Below, piece after piece: positions 1 to 15,942 of a stretch of 64,000 nt of DNA. Below the pieces are notes generated by a model. It saw only the letters and a list, made by a program, of their open reading frames with translations. It had not been told where the DNA came from and did no database searches. The stretch lies in NCBI GenBank assembly GCA_951406725.2, contig CATOCA020000001.1, positions 7,812,001 through 7,876,000 of the forward strand. Reading direction: 5' to 3'. Position 1 is the first letter of the stretch, and the number at the start of each line of letters is the position of its first letter. A program made the translations under genes and the position numbers. The stretch is from Octopus vulgaris (taxonomy: Eukaryota).

Positions 1-347
1 GCTGTGTGGTAAGTAGCTTGCTAACCAACCACATGGTTCCGGGTTCAGTCCCACTGCGTGGCATCTTGGGCAAGTGTCTTCTACTATAGCCCCGGACCGA
101 CCAATGCCTTGTGAGTGGATTTGGTAGACGGAAACTGAAAGAAGCCTGTCGTATATATGTATTTATATATATATATATATATATAGGCGCAGGAGTGGCT
201 GTGTGGTAAGTAGCTTGCTTAACAACCACATGGTTCCGGGGTCAGTCCCACTGCGTGGCACCTTGGGCGAGTGTCTTCTACTATAGCCCCGGACCGACCA
301 ATGCCTTGTGAGGGGATTTGGTAGACGGAAACTGAAAGAAGCCCGTC

Positions 348-421
<74 letters not shown>

Positions 422-3400
422 TCTTCTGCTATACCAATGCCTTGTGAGTGGATTTGGTAGACGGAAACTGAAAGAAGCCTGTCATATATGTATATATATA
501 GGTATATATGTATTTGTCCCTGTCATATATATATGTAGCTTGTCTTGTGTGTAATGATGATTTGTCAGCGAGTCAATTTGTGACTGAAACAAGTAGCATT
601 GGGACAACCGATGCGTGTGTTTATGTCTGTGCGTAAAAGTTCGGCAAAAGAGACCTGTCACAATGACTAAGTCATAGGGTATATATATATATATATAGGG
701 TGGTGGATGCATGGCTTGCAACCAAAGGTTCTGGCCTGTCTCATATGGCATCTAAAAGAGGCAAGATAGTCTTCTGTAGCAGCCCCGGGCCGACCAATGC
801 CTTGTGTGGATTTGGTAGACGGAAACTGAAAGAAGCCTGTCGTATATATGTATATATATATATATACGTGTGTGTTTGTGTGTTCTGTGTTTGTCCCCTT
901 AGCATCGTTGACAACCGATGCTGGTGTGTTTACGTCCCGATGTAGCGGTTCAAAGAGACCGATAGAATAAGTACTGGGCTCAAAAGAATAAGTCCGGTCC
1001 GATTTGCTCGACTCCGGTGCTCAGCACGGCCGCAGTCGATTGAAACAAGTAAAAGAGTAAAAGAGTAAGAGTACCAACATCGAACTAAATTTACAAGAAA
1101 TAGTCTTCTTGGTTTACCTACAAAAAAACTTCCTTGGACGTTCAGTTATATACTTTATTTTCAAAATTGAACCTTTTTCAGAAAACTTTCATCTTTCATG
1201 TTTAAAACAGACGCTGAGAGTTTGGGGTTATCTGACTTAGTCTTTACTTGTTTCAGTCATTTGACTGCGGCCATGCTGGAGCACCGCCTTTTTAGTCGAG
1301 CAAATCGACCCCGGGACTTATTCTTTGTAAGCCCAGTACTTATTCTATCGGTCTCTTTTGCCGAACCGCTAATTTACGGGGACGTAAACACACCAGCATC
1401 GGTTGTCAAGCAATGCTAGGGGGACAAACACAGACACACAAACACATATACACACATATATATATATATACATATATACGACAGGCTTCTTTCAGTTTCC
1501 GTCTACCAAATCCACTCACAAGGCATTGGTCGGCCCGAGGCTATAGTAGAAGACACTTGCCCAAGATGCCACGCAGTGGGACTGAACCCGGAACCATGCG
1601 GTTGGTAAACAAGCTACTTACCACACAGCCACTCCTGCGCCTACCTGACTAATCTTTACTTGTTTCAGTTATTTGACTGCGGCCATGCTTGAGCACCGCC
1701 TTTAGTCGAGCAAATCAACCCCCAGGACTTATTCTTTGTAAGCCTTCTACTAATTCTATTGGTGTCTTTTGCTGAACCACTAAGTTACGGGGTCGTAAAC
1801 ACACCAGCATCGGTTGTCAAGCACACCCACACACCTGTTTCGCCTAGTATACTATATATATTACAACATTCCGCCGAGTTTCCCGTTGGTCAACGGGGTC
1901 GATTAAATAAGTACCAGTTACGCACTGGGGTCGATGTAATCGACTTAATCTGTATTAGCCTTGTGTACTGGTTGATATGACATATATACACATATATACG
2001 TTCTTTCAGTTTCCGTCTACCAAATCCACTCACAAGGCTTTGGTCGGTCGGGTAGAAGACACTTGCCCGAGTGCCACGCAGTGGGACTGAACCCGACCCA
2101 GGTTGGCAAGAGACACACTTATCCTATAAACATGATACGACTTTTTTCCTGTGTCGTTAAATTACTCACCCTATGGGTAGCATGACTGCACTGGCTTTGC
2201 AAAGTTTACCACACAGCCACTCCTGAAAGCAAACCTGCAATCCACTCCTCCCTTTTATGTTGGTGGGAAGAGAGACAATATCCAGTTCCACTGGGTTATG
2301 TAATGCAGGTGTCCTGCAGTACAACTTCACTGTGTTATATGTAGAGAATATTCATCTGCTAGTTCAAATTGCCGAGGACACTTGCCTTCATTCTAAGTAC
2401 CAAATGGGTGGAGGAGTTGATAATATTTACTCCGTCTGTGTTTTGTTCTCTCTCCTTCCTCTGTGTTGTCTTGTGGGTAGTAAACAAACAATATATTTGG
2501 AGGCTCTGGCCTAGTGTTTAGAGCAAATCTCCCAATTCGAGAAGAACTTGCTCTCCTCCTCATTAATTCGTCCAGGTGGGGAATCTATACGCCAAGAAAC
2601 CGGGTCCAGGGTGGCTCGAGAAGGAACGAACAAAAACTTCTCCATACATCACAAGGAATATATTTTCAGTTACTATAGGTTCCCACCTGGACGGGCTTGG
2701 TCCATCGCAGGTGAGCTGCAAGATGCAGAGGAGAGAAGAGTGGCGAAAGAGTCTGCAGAAGTTCGCCATTACCTCTGCCAGCCGCGTGGAGCTTAGGTGT
2801 TTTCGCTCATAAACACACAGTGATTCGAACCCGCGATCCCTCGACCGCGAGTCCGCTGCTCTAACTACTAGGCCATGTGCTTCCATATATATATTGATTG
2901 TTTGTTCCTTCTGCCGTGCCTGGCTATAAGGGCCTTTCCGGTTACTGGCGTATATTCCCCAACGGGACGCCAGTCCATCGCAGGTGAGCTGCAAGATGCA
3001 GGAGGAAAGAGTCGCACGAAAGAGTCAGCAGAAGTTTTGCTATTACCTTTTAGCCGGCAGATTTGCTCATAACCACATCGCCAGTCTGAGAACTATTCCT
3101 CTAACCACTAGGCCATATAAACACTTAGATATCTGCGGCGAGCTGCGAATGGTTGGCCCATGCGTATCCGATTTTCCTTCTTTACTTGTGGGTAGTGGAG
3201 TATTTGTCTGGTGTTCAGCTTTAATCCACTCCAATGTTTATTTATCCCTTTGTCTATAAAACTATTCATGTTACCGAAACTGGGCGTAGTATTTATATTA
3301 ATAGTTCGACTTATGTCCCCTTGTTTATTTTGGGGCATTAAAGTACAGTAAGCACTATGTCGCTTAAGTGTTCTGTTTATTCGCCGAGAGTCTGACTTTG

Positions 3401-3871
3401 CCTTTCATCCACTTCGGGGTCGATAAATTAAGTACCAGTTACGCAGGTCGATGTAATCGACTTACTTTGTCGTAGTAAGTATATATTTCCCTTTCTGACA
3501 GAATTTAGCCTTGTGGGTAGTATTTTATTGTTAATCCATGCTTCTTCATCTCACCTGGGGATAAATGAAATCACAAGATGGCTTTTGGCTTTTATAGCGA
3601 AACATATTGTATATATATCGTCTTGTCTTATATATCATCCTTTATCATTCATAATATATTATATACCAGTATATATATAATCCTAATCCATTTGTTTCTG
3701 ACCTATTTGTTAAGCTATTTGTGGGTTATATATATATATAACATATTTAATCTTAAATTACCTCTACTATATAATTTTCATGTTACCACCTTATGTGGGT
3801 GCTCATGTATATATATATATATATATATATTTTATATATTATCATTCGAAATTTATGCTTATATTATAATT

Positions 3872-3928
<57 letters not shown>

Positions 3929-4000
3929 TACTTTGGGTTTAGAGGAGGTTGCAAAATAGTTTTTCAGTCTCTGCCAACCATCCAAGATTAGTGGGGCACA
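1..4000 (-). repeat. Degraded inverted (fold-back) copy of ~4290-10900; probable sequencing/assembly artefact
   Basis: Non-SINE anchors match in reverse complement and in order: 1081-1250 vs 9600-9780, 2620-2670 vs 7241-7290, 3100-3130 vs 6660-6690, 3555-3596 vs 5521-5572, 3942-4000 vs 4290-4390. Deletions increase towards the apex near 4150. Confidence 0.85.
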
Positions 4001-4120
4001 TATCATATATATAATATATAACAAATAAACACCCCACCCCACAATATAACCATAACACAATAAACAAAAACACAAAAAATAATAATATAATATATAATAT
4101 ATATATAACATAATAATAAC

Positions 4121-4152
<32 letters not shown>

Positions 4153-4196
4153 AATAACCAACACCACCCCCCCAGCCCCCCCCCCCCAAAACCCAA

Positions 4197-4289
<93 letters not shown>

Positions 4290-4292
<3 letters not shown>

Positions 4293-4453
4293 GCACCCAC
4301 TACACTCTTGGAGTGGTTGGCGTTAGGAAGGGCATCCAGCTGTAGAAACTCTGCCAGATCAGACTGGAGCCTGGTGCAGCCTCCTGGCTTCCCAAATCTC
4401 AGTCAAACCGTCTAACCTTTGCTATCATGGAAAACGTACGTTAAACGATGATA

Positions 4454-4522
<69 letters not shown>

Positions 4523-4685
4523 GCACCCACTACACTCACGGAGTGGTTGGCGTTAGGAAGGGCATCCAGCTGTAGAAACTCTGCCAGATCAGACTGGAGC
4601 CTGGTGCAGCCTCCTGGCTTCCCAAATCTCAGTCAAACCGTCTAACCTTTGCTATCATGGAAAACGTACGTTAAACGATGATATG

Positions 4686-4731
<46 letters not shown>

Positions 4732-5067
4732 GCACCCACTACACTCACGGAGTGGTTGGCGTTAGGAAGGGCATCAAGCTGTAGAAACACTGCCAGATCA
4801 GACTGGAGCCTGGTGCAGCCTTCTGGCTTCTCAGACCCCAGTCAAACCGTGGAAGCCTTGCTAGCATGGAAAACGTACGTTAAACGATGATATGATGATA
4901 TATATATATATATAGCACCCACTATACTCAAAGAGTGGTTGGCGTTAGGAAGGGCATCCAGCTGTAGAAACACTGCTAGATCACGCTGGGGCCTGGTGCA
5001 GCCTCCTGGCTTCCAAAACCTCAGTCGAACCGTCCAACCCGTGCTAGCACGGAAAACGGACATTAAA
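4290..5067 (+). mobile_element. Four tandem copies of the 3' part of an RTE-related SINE (family D), separated by (TA)n
   Basis: Repeated unit GCACCCACTACACTC...TGGTTGGCGTTAGGAAGGGCATCCAGCTGTAGAAAC...GTTAAACGATGA at ~4292, 4522, 4732 and 4915. The AGGAAGGGCATCC block resembles RTE-derived SINE bodies (recalled, not searched). Confidence 0.65.
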
Positions 5068-5149
5068 CGATGATGATGATGATGATGATGATGATGGTGA
5101 TGGTGATGGTAATAATAATAATGATGATGATGATGATGACGATGATGAC

Positions 5150-5225
<76 letters not shown>

Positions 5226-5512
5226 ATGATGATTATGATTATGATGATGATGATGATGATGACGACGATGATGATGATGATGATGATGTTGTTGATGACG
5301 ATGATTATGATGATGATGATGATGATGATGTTGTTGATGACGATGATTATGATGATGATGATGATGATGATGATGTTGATGAGGATGAGGATGATGAGGA
5401 TGATGATGATTATGATGATTATGATGATTATGATGATGATGAGGATGATGAGGATGATGATGATGACGACGACGACGACGATGATGACGATGATGATGAT
5501 GACAATGATGAT
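5068..5512 (+). repeat. (GAT)n microsatellite, expanded tail of the last family D copy
   Basis: Directly visible; produces the spurious poly-Met and poly-Ile ORFs. Confidence 0.95.
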
Positions 5513-5571
5513 CTTCAAATTATAAAAGCCAAAAAGCCATCTTGTGATTTCATTTTATCCCTTTTTTTCAG

Positions 5572-5704
5572 GTCTGCGAGATGAATGATGGATCAAAAGC
5601 TGTGAAACTTGGAGATTTTGGATTAGCAACCGATGCAAAACAACCCTTGTTCGTTGTTTGCGGAACCCCTACTTATGTGGCCCGGATATTCTGTCAGAAA
5701 AAGG
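5572..5704 (+). CDS. DCLK: DCLK-like kinase exon (subdomains VII-VIII) with an apparent 1-nt deletion
   Basis: ttttttcag| [37 protein letters not shown], then shifted frame [P]DILSEKG |gtaagt. The exon is 133 nt where 134 is needed to join the next exon. Confidence 0.9.
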
Positions 5705-5721
5705 GTAAGTGTTTATATATA

Positions 5722-6660
5722 TTTCTTTACTACAGACAAAGGGATTAAGTCGATTACATCGACCCCAGTGCGTAACTGGTACTTAATTTATCGACCCCGA
5801 AAGGATGAAAGGCAAAGTGGACCTCGGCGGAATTTGAACCCAGAACACTTAACGGCAGACGAAATAACTATTTCTTTACTAGCCACAAGGGGCTAAACAC
5901 AGAGGGGACAAACAAGGACAGACAAACGGATTAAGTCGATTACATAGACCCCAGTGCGTAACTGGTACTTAATTTATCGACCCCGAAAGGATGAAAGGCA
6001 AAGTGGACCTCGGCGGAATTTGAACCCAGAACACTTAACGGCAGACGAAATACCTATTTCTTTACTACCCACAAGGGGCTAAACACAGAGGGGACAAACA
6101 AGGACAGACAAAGGGATTAAGTCGATTACATAGACCCCAGTGCGTAACTGGTACTTAATTTATCGACCCCGAAAGGATAAAAGGCAAAGTCGACCTCGGC
6201 GGAATTTGAACCCAGAAAACTTAACGGCAGACGAAATACCTATTTCCTTACTACCCACAAGGGGCTAAACACAGAGGAGACAAACAAGGACAGACAAAGG
6301 GATTAAGTCGATTACATCGACCCCAGTGTGTAACTGGTACTTAATTTATCGACCCCGAAAGGATGAAGGCAAAGTCGACCTCGGCGGAATTTGAACCCAG
6401 AACACTTAACGGCAGACGAAATACCTATTTCTTTACTACCCACAAGGGGCTAAACACAGAGGGGACAAACAAGGACAGACAAACGGATTAAGTCGATTAC
6501 ATAGACCCCAGTGCGTAACGGGTACTTAATTTATCGACCCGAAAGGTTGAAAGGCAAAGTCGACCTCGGCGGAATTTGAACCCAGAACACTTAACGGCAG
6601 ACGAAATACGGCTACGCATTTCGCCCGGCGTGCTAACCATTCTGCCAGCTCGCTGCCTTC
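5722..6660 (-). mobile_element. Tandem array (~5 units of ~181 bp) of SINE family B body; only the last unit keeps the tRNA-like head
   Basis: Unit TATTTCTTTACTACCCACAAGGGGCTAAAC...TTTATCGACCCCGAAAGGATGAAAGGC...GAATTTGAAC...GACGAAATAC. Minus strand has a B-box-like GGTTCAAATTCC and GCCTTTCATCCTTTCGGGGTCGATAAATTAAGTACCAG, a Meta/MESC-like core (recalled). Confidence 0.8.
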
Positions 6661-6671
6661 TAAGTGTTTAT

Positions 6672-7770
6672 ATGGCCTAGTGGTTAGAGCAGCAGACTAG
6701 TGGTCGAGGGATCGCAGGTTCGAATCTCAGACTGGGCGATGTGTGTGTTTATGAGCGAAAACACCTAAGTTCCAAGCGGCTCCGGCAGAAGGTAATGGCA
6801 AAACTTCTGCTGACTCTTTCGCCACAACTTTCTCTCACTCTTTCCTCCTGCATCTTGCAGCTCACCTGCGATGGACTGGCGTCCCGTCCAGGTGGGGAAC
6901 CTATACGCCAAAGTAACGGGAAACCGGCCCCTTATGAGCCAGGCACGGCTTGAGAAGGAACAAACAATCAATATATATATGGAGCACATGGCCTAGTAGT
7001 TAGAGCAGCGGACTCGCGGTCGAGGGATCGCGGGTTCGAATCTCAGACCGGGCGATGTGTGTTTTATGAGCGAAAACACCTAAGCTCCACGCGGCTCCGC
7101 AGAAGGTAATGGCGAACTTCTGCAGACTCTTTCGCCACATCTTTCTCTCACTCTTTCCTCCTGCATCTTGCAGCTCACCTGCGATGGACCAACGTCCCGT
7201 CCAGGTGGGGAACCTATACGCCAAGAAACCGGGATTGCTAACTGAAAATATATTCCTTGTGATGTATGGAGAAGTTTTTGTTCGTTCCTTCTCGAGCCAT
7301 CCCTGATTCCCGGTTTCTTGGCGTATAGATTCCCCACCTGGACGGGACGCCAGTCCATCGCAGGTGAGCTGCAAGATGCAGGAGGAAAGAGTGAGAAAGT
7401 TGTGGCGAAAGAGTCAGCGGAAGTTCGCCATTACCTTCTGCCGGAGCCGTGTGGAGCTTAGGTGTTTTCGCTCATAAATACACATATTGCCCGGTCTGAG
7501 ATTCGAACCCGCGATCCCTCGACCGCGAGTCCTCTGCTCTAAACACTAGGCCAGAGGCCTCCATTTATATATATATTGTTTGTTTGTTCCTTCTCGAGCC
7601 ATCCCTGGCTCATAAGGGCCGGTTTCCCAGTTTCCTCGGCGTATAGGTTCCCCACCTGCACGGGACGCCAGTCCATCGCAGGTGAGCTGCAAGATGCAGG
7701 AGGAAAGAGTGAGAGAAAGTTGTGGCGAAAGAGTCAGCAGAAGTTTGCCATTACCTTCTGCCGGAGCCAC
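6672..7770. mobile_element. Cluster of tRNA-derived SINE family C (two + copies, two - copies)
   Basis: A box TGGCCTAGTGGTTAGAGC and B box GGTTCGAATC, followed by body GAGCGAAAACACCTAAGCTCCAC...GAAACCGG. Confidence 0.8.
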
Positions 7771-7828
7771 TTTTACTTAGTTCAAACATACGTATATAGA
7801 CACACATCAACCAAGTCACATCAACCAT

Positions 7829-8760
7829 AGGCGCAGGAGTGGCTGTGTGGTAAGTAGCTTGCTTACCAACCACGTGGTTCCGGGTTCAGTCCCACTGTAT
7901 GGCACCTTGGGCAATTGTCTTCTACTATAGCCTCGGGCCGACCAAAGCCTTGTGAGTGGACTTAGTAGACGGAAACTGAAAGAAGCCCGTCGTATATATG
8001 TATATAGGCATAGGAGAGGCTGTGTGGTAAGTAGCTTGCTTACCAGCCACATGGTTCCGGGTTCAGTCCCACTGCGTGGCACCTTGGGCAAGTGTCTTCT
8101 ACTATAGCCTCGGGCCGACCAAAGCCTTGTGAGTGGATTTAGTAGACGGAAACTGAAAGAAGCCCGTCGTATATATGTATATAGGCGTAGGAGTGGCTGT
8201 GTGGATGTCTCTTGCTTACCAACTACATGGGTCGGGTTCAGTCCCACTGTATGGCACCTTGGGCAATTGTCTTCTACTATAGCCTCGGGCCGACCAAAGA
8301 CTTGTGAGTGGACTTAGTAGACGGAAACTGAAAGAAGCCCGTCGTATATATGTATATAGGCATAGGAGTGGCTGTGTGGTAAGTAGCTTGCTTACCAGCC
8401 ACGTGGTTCCGGGTTCAGTCCCACTGCGTGGCACCTTGGGCAAGTGTCTTCTACTGTAGCGTCGGCCCGACCAAATCCTTGTGAGTGGATTTAGCTGACG
8501 GAAACTGAAAGAAGCCCGTCGTATATATGTTTATAGGCGTAGGAGTGGCTGTGTGGTATGTCTCTTACTTACCAAACACATGGGTCGGGTTCAGTCCCAC
8601 TGCGTGGCATCTCGGGCAAGTGTCTTCTGCTATAGCCCCGGGCCGACCAAAGCCTTGTGAGTGGATTTGGTAGACGGAAACTGAAAGAAGCCCGTCGTAT
8701 ATATATGTATGTATATGTTTGTGTGTCTGTGTTTGTCCCCCCAACATCGCTTGACAACCT
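7829..8760 (+). mobile_element. Five tandem 5' halves of tRNA-derived SINE family A
   Basis: GGCGCAGGAGTGGCTGTGTGGTAAG (A box)...GGGTTCAGTCCC (B box)...CCTTGGGCAAGTG...GAAGCCCGTCG(TA)n repeated every ~176 bp. Confidence 0.85.
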
Positions 8761-8988
8761 ATTTCTTTATTACCCACAGGCTAAACATAGAGGGGACAAA
8801 CAAGGACAGACATAGGTATTAAGTCGATTACATCGACCCCAGTGCGTAAATGGTACTTAATTTATCGACCCCGAAAGGATGAAAGGCAAAGTTGACCTCG
8901 GCGGAATTTGAACTCTAAACGTAACGACAGACGAAATACGGCTACGCATTTCGCCCGGCGTGCTAACCTTTCTGCCAGCTCGCCGCCT
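8760..8988 (-). mobile_element. Full-length SINE family B copy
   Basis: Minus strand starts GGCGGCGAGCTGGCAGAA and ends GTGGGTAATAAAGAAATAGG. Confidence 0.8.
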
Positions 8989-9197
8989 TATATGTATATA
9001 GGCGCAGGGGGTGGGTGTGCTTGACAACCGATGCTGGTGTGTTTACGACCCCGTAACTTAGTGGTTCAGCAAAAGACACCAATAGAATTAGTAGAAGGCT
9101 TACAAAGAATAAGTCCTGGGGTCGATTTGCTCGACTAAAGGCGGTGCTCAAGCATGGCCGCAGTCAAATAACTGAAACAAGTAAAGATTAGTCAGGT

Positions 9198-9598
9198 AGG
9201 CGCAGGAGTGGCTGTGTGGTAAGTAGCTCTTTTACCAACCGCATGGTTCCGGGTTCAGTCCCACTGCGTGGCACCTTGGGCAAGTGTCTTCTACTATAGC
9301 CTCGGGCCGACCAATGCCTTGTGAGTGGATTTGGTAGACGGAAACTGAAAGAAGCCTGTCGTATATATGTATATATATATATATGTGTGTATATGTGTTT
9401 GTGTGTCTGTGTTTGTCCCCCTAGCATTGCTTGACAACCGATGCTGGTGTGTTTACGTCACCGTAAATTAGCGGTTCGGCAAAAGAGACCGATAGAATAA
9501 GTACTGGGCTTACAAAGAATAAGTCCCGGGGTCGATTTGCTCGACTAAAAAGGCGGTGCTCCAGCATGGCCGCAGTCAAATGACTGAAACAAGTAAAG
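9198..9598 (+). mobile_element. Full-length (~400 bp) SINE family A copy
   Basis: tRNA-like head, internal (TA)/(TG) spacer, 3' body ending GGCCGCAGTCAAATGACTGAAACAAGTAAAG. Confidence 0.85.
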
Positions 9599-9784
9599 AC
9601 TAAGTCAGATAACCCCAAACTCTCAGCGTCTGTTTTAAACGTGAAAGATGAAAGTTTTTCTGAAAAAGGTTCAATTTTGAAAATAAAGGGATCTAACTGA
9701 ACGTCGTAAGGAAATTTTTTGCTAGGTATTCTCCCTTAAACCCGAAGAGACTCTATTTCTTGTAAATTTAGTTCGATGTTGGTA

Positions 9785-12236
<2,452 letters not shown>

Positions 12237-12494
12237 TGGTACATTAAAAACCAAAAATAAAACCCAAACTTTTTTCTTGTTAAATGGATTCTGATAAAAT
12301 TTCAACTTTTGAAAATAAAGGGACATAACTGAATGTCGTAAGGAATTATTTTCTAGGTGTTCTCCCTTTAACCTGAAAAGACTCTGATTCTTGTAAATTT
12401 AGTACGAAGTTTTCTCTACAAATAAATTTATATTTATTCGTTGTTGGTACATTAAAAACAAATATAAAAGCGAAACCTTTTCTTTTTCCTCCAG

Positions 12495-12572
12495 GTATGG
12501 CCTAAAAGTGGACGTCTGGGCTGCAGGGGTCATAACATATATTTTACTTTGTGGATTCCCTCCATTTGTCAG
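12495..12572 (+). CDS. DCLK: DCLK-like kinase exon (subdomain IX)
   Basis: ttttcctccag| (G)[25 protein letters not shown](S) |gtgagt; 78 nt, phase 2/2. Near-identical to the DCLK signature [25 protein letters not shown]. Confidence 0.95.
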
Positions 12573-12626
12573 GTGAGTTCCTTACACACACAAATGCACA
12601 TTGATGGTCTTCTATGTGTAAAATTT

Positions 12627-13261
12627 CTACATACATACACACATACACACTCATACATACAAACACACTCATACATACAAAAATGCATGCATACATACAT
12701 AGATACATACATGCATACATATATACATACGTGCATACATACATATGTGTATACATACATACATAAATGCATACATACGTACATACATGCATACATGCAT
12801 GCATTCATACTTACATACATACATAAATATACATACATACATACATATATACATACATACATACATATATACACACTCATACATACAAACATGCATGCAT
12901 ATATACATACATACATACATACATACATACATACATACATACATACATACATACATACACACACACACATACATACATACATACATACATACATACATAC
13001 ATACATACATACATACATACATACATACATACATACATACATACATACATACATACATACATACACACTCATATACATATACATACATACATGCATGCAT
13101 ACATACATACATACATACATACATACATACATACATACATACATACATACATACATACATACATACATACAAATACATACATACATACATATATATATAT
13201 ATATACATACATACATATATACACACTCATACATACATGCATACATACATACATACATACA

Positions 13262-13293
<32 letters not shown>

Positions 13294-13355
13294 CATACAT
13301 ACATACATACATACATACATACATACATACATACATACATACATACATACATACA

Positions 13356-13387
<32 letters not shown>

Positions 13388-13525
13388 CATACATATATAG
13401 ACACTCATACATACATGCATACATACATACATACATACATGCATATATACATACATACATACATATACATACATATATACATACATACATACATACATAC
13501 ATACATACATACATACATACATACA

Positions 13526-13556
<31 letters not shown>
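12627..13556 (+). repeat. (CATA)n microsatellite
   Basis: Directly visible ~930 bp tetranucleotide tract. Confidence 0.95.
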
Positions 13557-13639
13557 CAGTGGAAATTGTAGCTGTGATACCAGTGGCGGTGGCACGTAAG
13601 AAAACCTTCCGAACATGGCCGTTATATATTTATATATAT

Positions 13640-14002
13640 ATATACATATATACAATGGGCTTCTTTCAGTTTCCGTCTACCAAATCCACTCACAAGGCTT
13701 TGGTAGGCCCGAGGCTAAAGTAGAAGACACCTGCCCAAGGTTCCACGCAGTGGGACCGAACACAGAACCATGTGGTTGGTAAGCAAGCTACTTACCACAC
13801 AGCCACTCCTACACCTATATATATATATATATGTATATATACGACGGGCTTCTTTCAGTTTCCGTCTACTTTATTCACTCACAAGGCTTTGGTCGGCCCG
13901 AGGCTTTAGTAGAAGACACCTGCCCATGGTGCCACGCAGTGGGACTGAACCCGGAACCATGTGGTTGGTAAGCAAGCTACTTACCACACAGCCACTCCTA
14001 CG

Positions 14003-14039
<37 letters not shown>

Positions 14040-14251
14040 GACGGTCTTCTTTCAGTTTCCGGCTACTTTATTCACTCACAAGGCTTTGGTCGGCCCGAAG
14101 CTTTAGTAGGAGACACTTGCCCAAGGTGCCAGTCAGTGGGACCGAACCCGGAACCATGTGGTTGGTAAGCAAGCTACTTACCACACAGCCAAGCAGTAGG
14201 ACCGAACGCAGAACCATGTGGTTGGTAAGCAAGCTACTTACCACTCCTGCG

Positions 14252-14316
<65 letters not shown>

Positions 14317-14857
14317 GTATATACGACGGTCTTTATTCACTTTGCGTCTACCAAATCCCCCTCACAAGGCTTTGGTCGGCCCGAGGCTATAGTAGAAGAC
14401 AGTTGCCCAAGGTGCCACGCAGTGGGTCTGAAACCGGAACGATGTGGTTGGTAAGCAAGCTACTTACCACACAGCCACTCTACGCCTATACATATATATA
14501 TATACGACGGGCTTCTTTCAGTTTCCGTCTACTTTATACACTCACAAGGTTTTGGTCGGCCCGAGGCTATAGCAGAAGACACTTACCCAAGGTGCCACGC
14601 AGTGGGACTGAACCCGGAACCACGTGGTTTGTAAGCAAGCTACTTACCACACAGCCACTCCTACACCTATATATATATATATATGTATATATACGACGGG
14701 CTTCTTTCAGTTTCCGTCTACTTTATTCACTCACAAGGCTTTGGTCGGCCCGAGGCTTTAGCAGAAGTCACTTGCCCAAGGTGCCACGCAGTGGGACTGA
14801 AACCGGAACCATGTGGTTGGTTAGCAAGCTACTTACCACACAGCCACTCCTGCGCCT
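13640..14857 (-). mobile_element. Tandem 5' halves of SINE family A
   Basis: About six head units separated by (TA)n. Confidence 0.85.
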
Positions 14858-14937
14858 ATAAAGAAGAAAACGTACAAATTTGCAAAAGATATTCATAACT
14901 GAATTATGGCTTTTAATGTTGAAATTTCTTTTTCTAG

Positions 14938-15034
14938 TCCAAGCAACAACCAAGAAGAATTATTTGACAAGATCCTAAGTGGACATTTTGAATTCATTTC
15001 ACCATTCTGGGACGAGGTTTCGAGTTCCGCGAAG
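14938..15034 (+). CDS. DCLK: DCLK-like kinase exon (subdomain X)
   Basis: ttctttttctag| (S)PSNNQEELFDKILSGHFEFISPFWDEVSSSAK |gtaaga; 97 nt, phase 2/0. Confidence 0.95.
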
Positions 15035-15055
15035 GTAAGACCCACGTATACACAT

Positions 15056-15898
15056 ACTCTTTTACTCTTTTACTCTTTTACTTGTTTCAGTCGTTTGACT
15101 GCGGCCATGCTGGAGCACCGCCTTTAAGCGAGCAAATCGACCCCCGGGACGTATTCTTTGTAAGCCCAGTCTCTTTTGTGACGGGCACGTAAACACACCA
15201 GCATCGGTTGTCAAGCAATGCTAGGGGGACAAACAGAGACACACACATATATATATACATATATACGACGGGCTTCTTTCAGTTTCCGTCTACCAAATCC
15301 ACTCTCAAAGCATTGGTCGGCACGAGGCTCTAGCAGAAGACATTTGCCCAGTATGCCACGCAGTGGGACTGAACAGAGAACCATGTGGTTGGTAAGCAAG
15401 CTACTTACCACACAGCCACTCCTGTGCCTATATATATGTTATTTCATTTTACTTGTTTCAGTCATTTGACTGCGGCCATGCTGGAGCACCATCTTTTAGT
15501 CGAGCAAATCGACGCCGGGACTTATTCTTTGTAAGCCCAGTACTTATTCTATCGATCTCTTTTGCCGAACCGCTAAGTGACGGGGACATAAACACACCAG
15601 CATCGGTTGTCAAGCAATGCTAGAAGGACAGAGACACACAAACATATACGCACACGCTTATATATATATACAAATATACGACGGGCTTCTTTCAGTTTCC
15701 GTCTACCAAATCCACTCACAAGTCATTGGTCGGCCCGGGGCTATAGCAGAAGACACTTGCCCAAGATGCCACGCAGTGGGACTGAACCTGGAACCATGTG
15801 GTTGGTTAGCAAGCTACTTATCACACAGCCACTCCTACACCTATATATATATACGACGGGCTTCTTTCAGTTTCAGTCTACCAAATCCACTCACAAGG

Positions 15899-15942
<44 letters not shown>

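Noticed and set aside
3488-3556. Second DCLK exon copy on the minus strand
   Set aside because: It is part of the degraded fold-back arm and has no reading frame.
4150-4200. C-rich run as a G-quadruplex or telomere-like element
   Set aside because: It lies at the garbled apex of the fold-back and is likely base-calling noise.
5063-5525. Poly-Met and poly-Ile ORFs, and similar long ORFs at 12549-13723, 23022-23558, 50580-51507, 55880-58116 and 62729-63649
   Set aside because: They are translations of stop-free microsatellites or low-complexity tracts, with no domain content.
12290-12410. Diverged direct repeat of 9660-9780 as a duplicated exon
   Set aside because: No open frame or splice pattern; most likely a small interspersed repeat.
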